A DNA stretch of 60,969 bases, the filler included, from Hausera hauseri (lineage: Eukaryota), in the NCBI GenBank assembly GCA_046269625.1. It is 11 parts of 11 records of this genome, joined end to end, with 100 filler letters (N's around TTAATTAATTAA, not from the genome) between each part and the next. Parts side by side here need not be neighbours in the genome. Positions count along the whole stretch, not along the records: positions 37,677 to 41,706 come from JBJURY010807420.1; positions 41,807 to 45,969 come from JBJURY010727434.1; positions 46,070 to 50,211 come from JBJURY010737655.1; 8 more parts are not named here. One strand, 5' to 3'. This document shows positions 37,677 to 50,311 of this stretch, piece after piece (positions within the stretch are counted from its first letter, which is position 1; the number at the start of each line of letters is the position of its first letter). The notes under the pieces are model-generated. The model was not told where the DNA came from. It was given only the letters and a program-made list of their open reading frames with translations, and made no database searches. Both the position numbers and the translations under genes were made by a program.

Positions 37677-40600
37677 TATCACAAATCGAAAACGTAACAC
37701 TAGCACTGTCCAATGAACATTCATCAATATCTTCACAGGCGTTATTTACAAGATGAAATCCGGCATTACAGTCACATAGATAGGATCTTGGGATATTTAT
37801 GCACATGCCATTTTTACATTTGATCTTTCCCAATTTACATTCGTCTACATCTGTACAATTTCCCGATGAGTCGTTTGTAAAACTGGTTTTACATTGGCAC
37901 TTATAACTACCGAATGTATTTTGGCAAACACTGATTCCGATTGGACAATCATGTTTTAATGTGAGACATTCATTGTCATCAGTACACAGTTGGGGATTGG
38001 TTTTACTGTTGATGTAACCTTTGGGACAGAGACAACCATAGCCCGATGGAAGGTCGTAATAGGTCGAATTCGGTCTGTTTAGAGATTTGCATGAGTCTGT
38101 ACTTTCAAGCCATTCGTTGATTGATTCACAAACCCCATTTGGAGGGTACCTAGATTCGGAAAGACATGAACATTTGTAGGATTCAGTGGTATTCACACAT
38201 TTGCTCGAATTACCACAGATATTCGGATGTAGTAGACATTCATCAACGTCTTCATATACTCCACCTTGTAAAGACGATTCATCGGGGCAAATGCAGGTAA
38301 AAGAATCAGGTGTGTTAGTACACTTTGAATTTTTTATATTTCTGCACGTAAGAGGCTTAAGACATTCGTTGATGTCAATGCACGATGTCGAACTCTTTTC
38401 TGATAGCTCATATCCAGAATCACAATCGCAAGTATAGCCTCCATGTTGATTTTTGCGTTTGGAATGAGAACTACAATTGTTTAATCCTTCGGCACGTTCA
38501 TCAATATCGTTGCATTTGCCATCAGGGAAAAGTCGATAGCTAGGAAGACATTGACACTCATAGTTGCCATCAATATCGATGCATCGGGAATTTGGACCAC
38601 AGTTGTTTTCCTTCGGATTGAAACATTCATTTTTATTGACACAATTTTCCGTTCCAGGGACTTTAATAAAGCCTTTGAAACAATCACACTGGTAGGGATT
38701 CTGTGGAGAATTGAAATTATCTAAATTGACATGTGCCGATGTTGTCTTATTACATCTGTCTATTCCATTAGCACATTCATTAATATCTTCACAAGTCTTT
38801 TTGCCATCACCTTGCAAGAAACTGGGACCGTTACACTGATAAGTACCGTTTTTGTTCGTGCATTCGCCGTACATATGGCACGCATTAGCTTTGGTGAGAC
38901 ACTCGTCGACATCAGTACACTGTTTGTAACATACATTTCCAACACAGTTTTGCCCGGTCTCCTTGAAACCTGACACACAGGCACTAACAAATTGATCACC
39001 CTTTTGCTTGCAATAAGTACCGCTTGGGCAACTGACATTAGAATTCGCAGGACAGGGTTCGGATTCTTCACAATGATAAATACCATCGCTAGTGTAACCC
39101 GGTTTGCACTTGCATTTGCATGAATCCGGTACATTCGAACAAATCGCATAATTATGACAGAGATTCGTCAATTTTTTGCATTCATCAATGTCATCACAGT
39201 TTGTTCCATTCCACTGATAACCGGGAATACAAACACATTTACATTCATTTACATCTGTACAAGATTTTTTGGTATCATCGAGTTTTTTACCAACAGGACA
39301 AGTGCACTTGTACGAACCAATGGTACTCTCACAAGTGGCATCCTTCGTGTATTGATGAGTATGACTGTCACATTCGTTAGTATCCTGACATGTTCCATTG
39401 ACCTTTTCATATCCATCAAAACAAACACAAGTATATGATGATCCATCACCATCAATACAGGTTTCGATATTTCGGTTACAATCAGGGAATACATCTTTGA
39501 CAATAATTGAATTTGGGATTATTTTAGTCAATTGTTCCAGAACAACTTTCAGATACTCCACGACTTTCGAACTTTGTTTCAAATGTCGACAGAGCGACAG
39601 AATCGTTCGAATTGAATCCTTACGAACGACGGACGCCAACAACAATTTGGACAAGCGGTAGAACAATTTATCATAATCTTTGATACATTCAAATTTTATA
39701 CAAATAAACAATTCCAACAGATCCAACGTTTGATCAACCAACGTGACATATCTACTCAATTCCAATATAGATAGAATCAATTTGAAGATTTTATCGAATT
39801 CTGGTGACAGATAGCCTTTTAACTTGTTAATTTTTTCTTTGGACAAATAAACATTGGATTCGTTGGTAAATAACATTTCATAAAGGTATTTAAATATTAA
39901 AATGTTATTTTGACATAAATATTCATTTACATAACACGATTTGATTAAATCACCGATCAAATTCGTCCATTCGTCATTTGACCATTTAACAAAAAATATC
40001 CCAGTTAAACAGTGATTAAATTTCCTTAAAATAACCTTTTCCGATTGAGACAGACTTTGACTAGTGGCAAACTTTAACACTTTGCCCATAACGAGATTCG
40101 AAATACATTCGTGCTGTTCCATGGAAACGCAAGCCCACTTGAATCGTAGCAAGTCAATTAAAATCATCAAACCATAAAAAACTTGAATTTCATCGTTCGT
40201 ACTAAAAGGACATGATGACGAAACTTTTTGAACATCATACAAAAGTACCCACCTGATTTCACTCAATTCTCGAATAACGAAGATAATATCATGAATTATT
40301 ATAATTCCTCGACCCTTTGAAGAACAGACAGATTTTATAAGGAATGTTTCTGGTTCGGAAAGCATATTACCACTAATGTACTGTAGGGCATCAATTTCCT
40401 CTGTCGGTAAAGTCCATTTTTTTGGAAAAATATCGTAATCTAACGGAAAGTATCTCTGCATTATTTTTGAATTTCTTCGTAATTTATTCCCTTTAGAAAT
40501 TTCATTCATGCCAGGAAGCTGATTGAAGTTGTAAATTTTCGAAACTGTTTCTTTGCAATTTGTTTTAAGTTTTTTCAAAGCATTATCACTTAACTGATAA

Positions 40601-41025
40601 TACTTTATTTGACATTCACCATCAACAGTTGTTTCTGTCCCGTTTTCTCTCATTTCCTGTAAATTCAATAGGTTTACGATTCCTCTTAACATATTCACTT
40701 GTATTACCGGTGCAGTATTTTTGATAACGATTTTCTCAGCAATTCCATTTTTTCGCAGAACTATTCCGATTATCGACTGTTTGGCATTTTTTATTTTCAA
40801 TTTCAATAGAATCATTTCCATTCCATCGGTTAAAATATATGTTGATATTTCGGCGGTACCTTTGTAGTCTAATATGGTTTCAGTTTGACGGTCATCATTT
40901 CGTTCAATGTACGACTGATAATCGAAAATATAATTGTAGCTTACGTCATCGCTGGCCGTGCACAAAAACGATGAAGAGACAATAAAGATGAAAGTAATCG
41001 AAAGCAGAATTTGTCTCTGCTGCAT
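37677..41025 (-). CDS. Intronless chimeric ORF, 3'-truncated: signal peptide, MTP/vitellogenin-N-like, TTLL fragment, exportin-1 fragment, calcium-binding EGF array
   Basis: Over 1100 codons open. aa1-24 hydrophobic leader; NMLRGIVNLL...ETTVDGECQIKY; NQLPGMNEISK...YDIFPKKWTLP...KGRGI; LCQNNILIFKYLYE...EFDKIF; more than 12 D(I/V)NEC/DEC EGF repeats. Confidence 0.75.
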
Positions 41026-41436
41026 ATGTGGTAAGAAAAATTGAATTCAGTGAAAAAATTCACTTTATAATATCCACAACTATGGGCCAAATGTGGTGCA
41101 CATAACACACAGTGGAACACATTCATTTTCCAACGATTGGCTGAAATATTATTCACAGACGAAAATACATTTGATAAAAACGTAATTCATTAACCTTCAG
41201 CCTTATTTATGAACGCTCCATCATGGCCGGTTATAATTTGATAAAACTTATCGCAAAAAATCGAATATTAAAAGTCAAGAGCTTCATTCATTATCCGGAG
41301 TCGGAAAAATCAATTGTTTTATTGAAGGAGTTGTCGTAGCTGCGGTCGGCTTTTTAACTAACGGTTGCAGAGAACGGGGTCTGGCCATAAGTTATCATCT
41401 TGTACAATACAATGCCGTACAACCAAACGTCTGATT

Positions 41437-41700
41437 TTATTGTGATCTTCGAAGCCCTTCTGAGATATTTGTCTCGTCAATTGATCCGTTGTATTTGACA
41501 ACTATAAAACAGACATTGACCGTTGTCATTTTCAATGCAGAAAATCGAGGCCTGCCTATGTGCCCGACGTGCCGGCAGCGGAAAGCTGGCCGTGCCCAAC
41601 CGAATGGGCCGGAGGGCGACGATCGACGTTGGCACCACATTTACATCATTAGTTAGAGAATCGCCTTGTTTGATTTGTTCCTTTAACAATTTTCCTATTC
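41437..41700 (-). pseudogene. Possible Polinton pPolB N-terminal fragment
   Basis: GTASFPLP...ASIFCIENDNGQCLFYS resembles the Polinton PolB upstream motif (LP...IINI.N.D..CF). Short and degenerate. Confidence 0.3.
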
Positions 41701-44700
41701 CTTTTCNNNNNNNNNNNNNNNNNNNNNNNNNNNNNNNNNNNNNNNNNNNNTTAATTAATTAANNNNNNNNNNNNNNNNNNNNNNNNNNNNNNNNNNNNNN
41801 NNNNNNACTGACAAAAGACTGACACCAGAGTGGAGGCTTCTGTCAAAGCGAAGGTATCGAGTGCAATGTGGACGGAGTGCACTAGCTGCGTACCCTCACA
41901 GTGGAAACTTTTTCCTGGGAAACTCCTCCTGGCACACCAGAACAGATGCATACATTTGACACTTCCAATTTCTTTTGAATAGGAAGAAAACAACAACAGC
42001 CTTGGCAGATAATACGGCCAGCGTTGTCCCAGATGGTAGCTGAAAGGAAAACTAGAGCTATGAAAAGTTTCTCTTTTTTTTCTACCAAAATTGATTTTCA
42101 GCAGTGCTTTCTATGTATGTATGACTGACAGGTGATCACCAGAGATGCAAAAACACTAATGGGAACGGACAAGGATTCATTTCATATGTCATGAAGACGG
42201 ATGGGCTATTACCTTAAAGGAAAAACAAATGGGATCAAATGTAGCTTTTTCTCATCGCTTCTTCAATACACAACACTTCTGATTCTTACCTTTCCTCAAC
42301 AGTTATGCTCATACTCATCAGTTTACACATCAGTTTGACCAATTATCTTTCAACAGACAATTTTATAAACAACAGATATTCTCAGAATGTAAAAAAAATC
42401 CTTCAGCAGTGATTCTATTTTGTTCAGCAGCAGTTGCACTTTAATGAAATGAGTCACTTCTTATAATATGTGACTCACTTACATATTATTTAATTTAAAG
42501 TAAAATGCTCTAAATTGGCGGTCTTTCAAACCTCAGGCAGCCAGTCTTAATCTTTTCTTTCTCTGATGCATATCGTTTTAGGAGTGGGTTACATGTAAAT
42601 CCACAAAATGTGAGTCTTTTTAATTTTTGTGATAAAATTATAGTTCCGTTGCTATGGAGTTATAACATAATTTTAAGTCCGAAATTAATATAGTCTTTTT
42701 TCAGGTAGCAACGTTGTTATCGCTAAACTGATTTCCTTTTATTGGTTGTATCATTAGTCAATAGATATTATGTTCACATTAATTACTTCGAAAATTATGC
42801 AGTAATAACTATAATCTTTTTGCCCTATTTTCATTCGCCATGTTTTAAACGATATTTAACAATTAAGCTAAAAATATTTATCGCTAATAGAAATATCATT
42901 CTTTTACTCCATAAACCATCAAATAAGGTAGAAATACAACGCAAAATACCAAGACCACTGGATACACTATCAAACTATTCTACGAATTAGGAGTATCCAA
43001 AAATGTTAAATACGCCGCAATGATTTTAGTAGTTCATGATTTATTTATATATTTCGTCCCCACAATATTGTAAAATCAATGATTATATTCTATTTGCGTC
43101 GTAGCTAAATTTAACATCAACAACCAAATTATATCTGCATTTCTACCACAACTATTGAATCGGCTTTCTTCACCCGGTGCTATCTTGGTTATCTGTGGTA
43201 GACAATCATATAAACAACCGCATACACCCATAGCTTCCTCTGTCAGCATACAATGCATGTAATCGATTTCCCTTTTGAACCTAAATCACAACCTTGATCA
43301 AATATCTCAGTCTAGATCGAGTATTGATTTTTTACATGTTATTCAAGACGTTCTGTCCTTCAATTGCCGATCCTGAATATAACAGATCAGTTTAATATCA
43401 TTCGTATCACACTTCAACATGAATCGTGAACGTGACATATCCGTTGTTTAGTCTGACTACCTCGCGTTTTGTTACATGTTGAAAACGAACATTGTATCAG
43501 CCTCAATGGCGAATCATAACGAATCATTGGACTTTGACGAATCTTCGTCCACTTTGGTCCGAAGCAATAGATGTCTATCAACTGCTGCACATATTGATAG
43601 GAATACCTTCTGATTAATCTAAACTCGTCCGTCTTTATAAATAGATGCGGTGTAATAAAATCTATCATCGCTTATTCGATGACCTAAATACGATTATAAT
43701 TATAACCGACATTGGAATTATTTCTATTTCAATATATTTGTAGTAAACATACTTATCACCAAATCATTTGTTATCTCGGATCACTTTTCGATTTTGTATA
43801 TGTCGCAGCATTTTTTGCCTTTCTTTATTCGTCTGGCTTTCACAATCGAATTTTCGAATACCTACCCCTCGACTTGATTCATTAAATTTTCCTCTCCGGC
43901 ATGTGATTCCAACTTACCCATCCTCATATCATTTTAAAGGGAAGTAATATAAATTCGTATAATATGGTTAAAGCAAAGTGCGAATACAAATGAACCTCTT
44001 AGGTCTTCATTTCATTGCAATTTAATTTTATTAAAATTTTATTTAGAGCACAAATTTACAATAAAACGAAATAAATATAAATATAAGTGAACTGAGAATG
44101 TACGTACCTGATCCTGTCTCCGACGAATAAGCATCATTATTGTTCGCGGCCATGGTCCTATCCAAAATCATAGTCATTTAAAATTTCATCATAAGGCCTA
44201 ACCTTAGATTCCAAGTTTTGAAAATTGTATAAGCTGAGGTTAAGTTAATGTTAATGTAGAAACTTCGCAATGGTATATATAGTTTCCTGGTTCTATTTTG
44301 GGAGTGACGTCATTTTATTTTTAAAGTGACGTCATTCTATTTTAGGTGTTTTGGAAATTCCAAATTTTATTTTCAATTTTATTTTCAATATGGAATTTTA
44401 TGGAATTTTCAAATCTAAATGGTATAATAATCTCGTCGAGATATAATAATTAATTTAATTTTCAATATTTCACTTCTAATTGGCATGATAATTTCATCGA
44501 GATATTATAATTCTAATTGGCACAATAATTTCATCGAAATACAATTTATAATAATTCATTCCTACTGCATAATAATTTTAATATAATATAATGTTTGGTG
44601 GTTACATAACATGTGTGTATGTATAAAAAGTAGTCTATATGAGTTCAAAATAGCCGATCAGAAGAAAGGAACGTCTAACGTCATAAAAAAGTTACGTGAA

Positions 44701-45120
44701 TTTAACTCCGGATGTAACTTAATAAAACAGACTTAATTTACGTTACACCAATTCACACCTTGGTACTTTAGATAAGGTAAAATTAGAATTTATCGATGTC
44801 CAATGAAATGCTCATTTGTAATACCCATATTTAAAACAAGTGGCAAATTTGAATATGATAAAAAATATATCGTGGAAAATAAATTCCCTAACTCAAAACA
44901 ACTAACATTACAGCCGGTGACGTGCTGAAGGAGGGGGTTAGGGGGTCTGTTGCATAATTTATTTTATTTTGATGTTTTTGACATTTTGATTCTGAGGAGA
45001 AAAGTTTTGATCAAGCAAATTCTGTAGCCTAAATCTTATACAACTGTAAATATATTAAGGAAGGAGACTTTTCTCAGTTTCAAAGTTCTGACCTGCACTG
45101 TTCGATTTCCAGTGTTTTAA

Positions 45121-45324
<204 letters not shown>

Positions 45325-45365
45325 TGAGTTTTGACCACTCGCGTAACGAAAACCTAGTGAACGTT

Positions 45366-45428
45366 GGTGCACATGATGGTATATGAGCGATCAAAGTATG
45401 AAAAATTCTGATTTAATTTGCTGACATG
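45366..45428 (+). ncRNA. Intronic box C/D snoRNA, SNORD4-like
   Basis: C box ATGATG (45373), guide GAGCGATCAAAG complementary to the 18S 5' region, D' ATGA, D box CTGA (45421). RPL23A introns are known hosts of SNORD4. Confidence 0.65.
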
Positions 45429-45479
45429 ATGAGAAACTAAGACAAAATGTGCTTTGTGGTGAAAGCACATTTGTATTAA

Positions 45480-45565
45480 CTCTTTGACTCCAGAATAGTT
45501 GTATATACAGTGATATAATTTATATCCCTAAATGACATTGACAATGTTCCTTTGGACTCAAAGAG
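45480..45565. mobile_element. Tiny TTAA-flanked inverted-repeat element (MITE-like)
   Basis: TTAA-CTCTTTGACTCCA ... TGGACTCAAAGAG-TTAA: 13-bp TIR with one mismatch. Confidence 0.5.
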
Positions 45566-47669
45566 TTAAAACTAAATACTCTTTTTTCATGATAAAATTA
45601 ATGTTTTTGTATGTGTCAGCTGTGACAGTTTGTGGGCAGCTTGTGGTTAAAAAAAACAAAAGAAGAAAAACAAGTAAGTAAGGGAGCTGTTAATTGGCTA
45701 TATTCTTTGCCAAGCCAGCACACAACAAGTCACTGTATGGTGTGAGCAGTAAGTATATATATTATACAAACATGCTCTCGCACAAACATGTGCCATCTTT
45801 CCTTGTGTGAAGGCATTCAAAGGAGTAACCCTCCAGCAAACCATGTGTCAGCAGAACCAATGCAATTTGAAAGTTTTTTTATGATCATTTGTAGTGGCTC
45901 TCCTGAAAATGCACACTGTCTGGTAAAAATGTGCAGTTTCAGGAATTGTGAAAGCCAGCTCATATTCAANNNNNNNNNNNNNNNNNNNNNNNNNNNNNNN
46001 NNNNNNNNNNNNNTTAATTAATTAANNNNNNNNNNNNNNNNNNNNNNNNNNNNNNNNNNNNNNNNNNNNAATTATAATCTCAATTTAAATTTAAAATTGT
46101 ATCTGATTTAAATTCAGAACTTCTGTTATCAATTATATCCTCACAACCAGTGTCTGATGTTTCAAGAGGTGTAAGACTCGACTCTATTGAAAATTCTAAT
46201 GAACTAATATCTTCCGATCGATTTACTAGTTATTCGTGTCTTACTTATTCAAGCCGTTCATTTAATTTATGCAAATCTCTGAACAAGATGTGGATTTGAT
46301 CTCTAATAGAGTTACGGTCTTCTTTTACTTGCTCTTGTTCGTCCATTATTATGGCTATTCTGTCTTCGATTTCGCTAATTCTTTGATTAGTTTGCCTTTC
46401 ATTGCTAATTTTTCGTTGTGAATTCGTATCCAGTTCCATATAGATTTCGGTATCCGAATCACACAAGATTTCTATTTACTGTCAATTTTACACTGAACAT
46501 AATCAAATTTTTTTCAAATCCATCACGTTTTATGTCATTCTGTAAAATATGTTTATCTGTTCTTTCTTCGAGTTCATCTATTCTTCTGTTTATTTCTATG
46601 AATTCTCCCTCTTTTGGATAAAGGATTTCTGGTATCTATCTGATTAATTGTTGAGTATTATCTTCAACTTCTTGTTTGTCTCTTAAATCATCTGCATTTG
46701 CTTGGTATATCCGATATGGTACATTGCATTGTAATTCACAATCAGCAGCTCTTTGTATAAGTTGTTGTAAGTTTACATTTTTGTAATGTTCACGTAATGT
46801 AATTCGTGGATAATTTTACCTTCTTGACCAATCATATTGAACCAAAACAGGAGTTAATTGTGAGGGATCACTATCGGTTTGTTCATTATTAGTGGTATTA
46901 GGAAATTTTACAAATACTGATGCCACTGCTGGAACGTTTGTTAGAGCGAGACAGCTAATACTGCTGCTGCTATTTTCTTCGCTTGTACCTATTTTTCGTA
47001 TTGCTGTTAATCATTCTTGAGCTGGTTTTCGAGATCGAGTATCACTGGGATTTCCTTGCACCATGGTGATCAAAAGAAACTGTACCCACATCCATTTTAT
47101 TATACATAGATAATACAAGATTCTTTTATCGGTAATTCACAAATAGTACATTTCACTAGAGCAGGATGCTTGGTCAAACGTGCTTTACAATGAACAATAT
47201 GTTCACAGGGTAAATGAATAATATTTGATTAATTCTTATTACAAAGTATACATTTCCAAAATCCCTGACTGACCGATATGCATCTTTCTTCCATGTCTTT
47301 CTCTTTTCTTTTAATAATGAAATTAAGTGTTGGATACTTTGATAGTATTTGTCATATATTAACTGTATTTGGTAAATTTTAGTCATTAAAGCTAGAATTA
47401 TTTCATACCGAGGTCATTCTTGAATATCCCATACTTGGAATATCCCAATTCTGTGAGCTTATTTATCAATGGATCGGTATGCAACTTATATCATTTGTAA
47501 ACCACTGTTAGTGAATGATCTTTTATAGGAAGCAGTTGTATTATTCTCTCATTGGGATTAGCTAAGGTAATAACGTTAGTATTTGGCAAATCTATAATAA
47601 TGTTTTATTATTAACTTTAAATATTGATAAGAGAAATATTTACCTTCTGTTTTGTCTTATAAATATATT

Positions 47670-48100
47670 TGATATTTGACCAAATCCTCTGACATCTTGA
47701 TCTGTAGGATAACTATTACTGAAATCGTCGGAAAATATATATTGAAAATTAAACGTCTCATATTTGCTAAATATTATTTGAGCTATTGGTTCTCCGACAA
47801 ATATCAAATATTGGATAAGGGAATGACTAAGTAGTAAAATTTTTAAATATCCTCGATAATCTGAATCTATAATTCCTATATCTATATGAACGTTGTGTTT
47901 ACTTGCTAGGTTACCCTTAGAGTATATGTATCCATAATACGTTGGGGTATTATTAACCTAAGTCCAATATCAATTATTTCTCTACTGTTTGGTTCTAATC
48001 ATAGGAATTCTGATGAAAACAGGGCATAGCGTGTTGCACCAGAACTCATCTTTTTCGGTAATCGATCAAACTCGTCAACGTTAAAGTAACAAATTGTGGT
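47670..48100 (-). pseudogene. dut: dUTPase, decayed
   Basis: Manual translation: LPKKMSSGATRYALF...YYGYIYSKGNLASKH...GIIDSDYRGYLKI...GEPIAQIIF...RGFG. All five motifs in order, with a stop and a frameshift. Confidence 0.85.
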
Positions 48101-48184
48101 TTACTCGAATCACTGAGAATTTATTCAGACAATAAAATTATTAATTAGTGAATTATTCATTCTACACCAAATCACTGTCATCTA

Positions 48185-49165
48185 TTTCTCCTGCAAATTG
48201 GAAATGGGTTATTCTTCTTTCATTTCAGCAAACTTGACATTTGATTACTTCAGTAGCACATTGTTCACAAGTTTTTAGATGACCGCGTGGCATGAAAATG
48301 CCCTGAACTAGATTTGTGAGACAAATTACACATTCTAAACCATTTCAGTATAGTATATGTAGAGTATTGATTTTGAATTCTACTTTCACTTCTTGTGGAA
48401 CAAAATTCAGATTTTGTAGATCATGTGCACGCAGGAATAAATTTGATTGCGTTAAGGCTTGGTGTTTAATATACTGTAATGTTATTTCGTTTAATAAGGT
48501 GTAATATTATTACTGCTTTGACTATTGAACTTTCTTGGTATAATTCATATTGAGTTTCTGATAGAATAAATTTAACCTGGAAAAGTTTTTTAATTGTTTA
48601 GTATAAAATTCAACTGGGAAGTACTCATATCTGACCACATGTAACTGTTTGGGATATTTTTGACCTGTATCTTATAATAAATAGGTTTCTTTAGTGGACA
48701 AATGGCACTTTAACTAATATTCATTTTCCTTTCGTATTAGAAATAATCCTTGCTTAGCTAGATGTTTAAAGTTTCTATGTTTCTTGAAAGTTGATTTTCT
48801 CCCACATAGTACCTATTGTCTGAAATAAATTCTCCTTAATTATATCATCCGTGGTGTTTTATTATTTGCGCCGGAATTACTGTATAATAATCTGTATCTG
48901 TATGGAGATCTGGTTGTTTAGAAAATCCTTCTATTAATGGTATATTGACAAAATTAAGATTTAATATACAAGGACAAGTAGGATGTTGTTTTCTGAGTTA
49001 CCTTTGTATAATTCTTCCTAGTTTCATACGGAAATTCTCCTTGACAAAAGAAACTCTTAATCTGTCCGTTATGTGTTCTAAACAGTCCGGTATTTGCGTA
49101 TATCTGAGCTAATTCTCCGGGTACAGGTGCGTTTTAGACTCAAAAATGATATTTTCTTTGCTTGA
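48185..49165 (-). pseudogene. IAP-like relic: two BIR-like repeats and a C-terminal RING
   Basis: Manual translation: YANTGLFRTHNGQIKSFFCQG...HPTCP (~48970-49165), RKSTF...LAKQGLFL...LKCHL...PKQLH (~48600-48800), ECVICL...IFMPRGHLKTCEQCA...CQVC (~48225-48340). The RING is more secure than the BIRs. Confidence 0.55.
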
Positions 49166-50311
49166 GCATTTTTCAGAGTCACTGATTACTCTCATTTTGC
49201 TGTAGTCCACTATTTGTCTAATAAATGATTCAGGTCTGTTCAGTAGGTTTCTATAGAATTTGAGATTTTTCACTACGTTAGTTTATGGTCTCTGTTGATA
49301 AATGGGTTCTGAGTTCAATTTGCCTAATCATTAGAGTACCAGTGGTGACTAAATCGATGAATCTATATACACCATTACAAATAATCAATTCCTAGTTGTT
49401 ATTATCCAATTATCCACAAAAGAAATTTCATTTTTGTTCAATAATTAATTTCATATCTTTATTTTCGTTGTTAACAAAATCAGTATTTTAGTCGATCTAC
49501 TGTCAAAAGTCGATCGTTATGAAAAAATATATTTACAAATTCCGATTTGTATAGTAGTTGTCTCCATTTGTACATATTTTATTGTTTTGTCTACAAAGAG
49601 GAGAGGATTGGAAAACCTGGTACCATTCCTTTAAGCATGTCCTGCAAAATTCATGATCACACTGTTAATGTTGCAGGGTTTGAGTTTGCATTAAGGCATA
49701 TAGAACAATCGGCTCCTACTGGAATTAATTCACCCTGACAGTTACATATTGAATAAATATTCGGAGAAAATGTACACATGAAGGTCGGAATCCAGTGGAT
49801 AATGTATGTCATCTACAAAGGAGACAAGATAATCCTATATAAAATAATGCTTGATCAAGTTTTGTTTGAAACTAATTAAAAATTTATTGTTTCTAACATT
49901 ACAACGTCTTTTCTTCTCGCATTAAAATAATTCACAACCATTGTATAATAATATAAGCAAAATGAGCACAAGGGAATTACACAAAAATAAATTCTTAACA
50001 ATGTTGAGAAATGAAACACTTAATTTATTGCCATTATTATTCTTTTTCTTTGGATTGTTAGCTGACGGATGTTGAAGTAAATGCAAGATTGAATTCGTTT
50101 GTTTTCATTCTTTTCTTGGCATTGACATAATATAATTTTGCAGTGATCTTTTCAAACCATTGACGTCACTATCACACACCGCCGATGACTACCCGACATC
50201 TAATTCTGTCCNNNNNNNNNNNNNNNNNNNNNNNNNNNNNNNNNNNNNNNNNNNNTTAATTAATTAANNNNNNNNNNNNNNNNNNNNNNNNNNNNNNNNN
50301 NNNNNNNNNNN

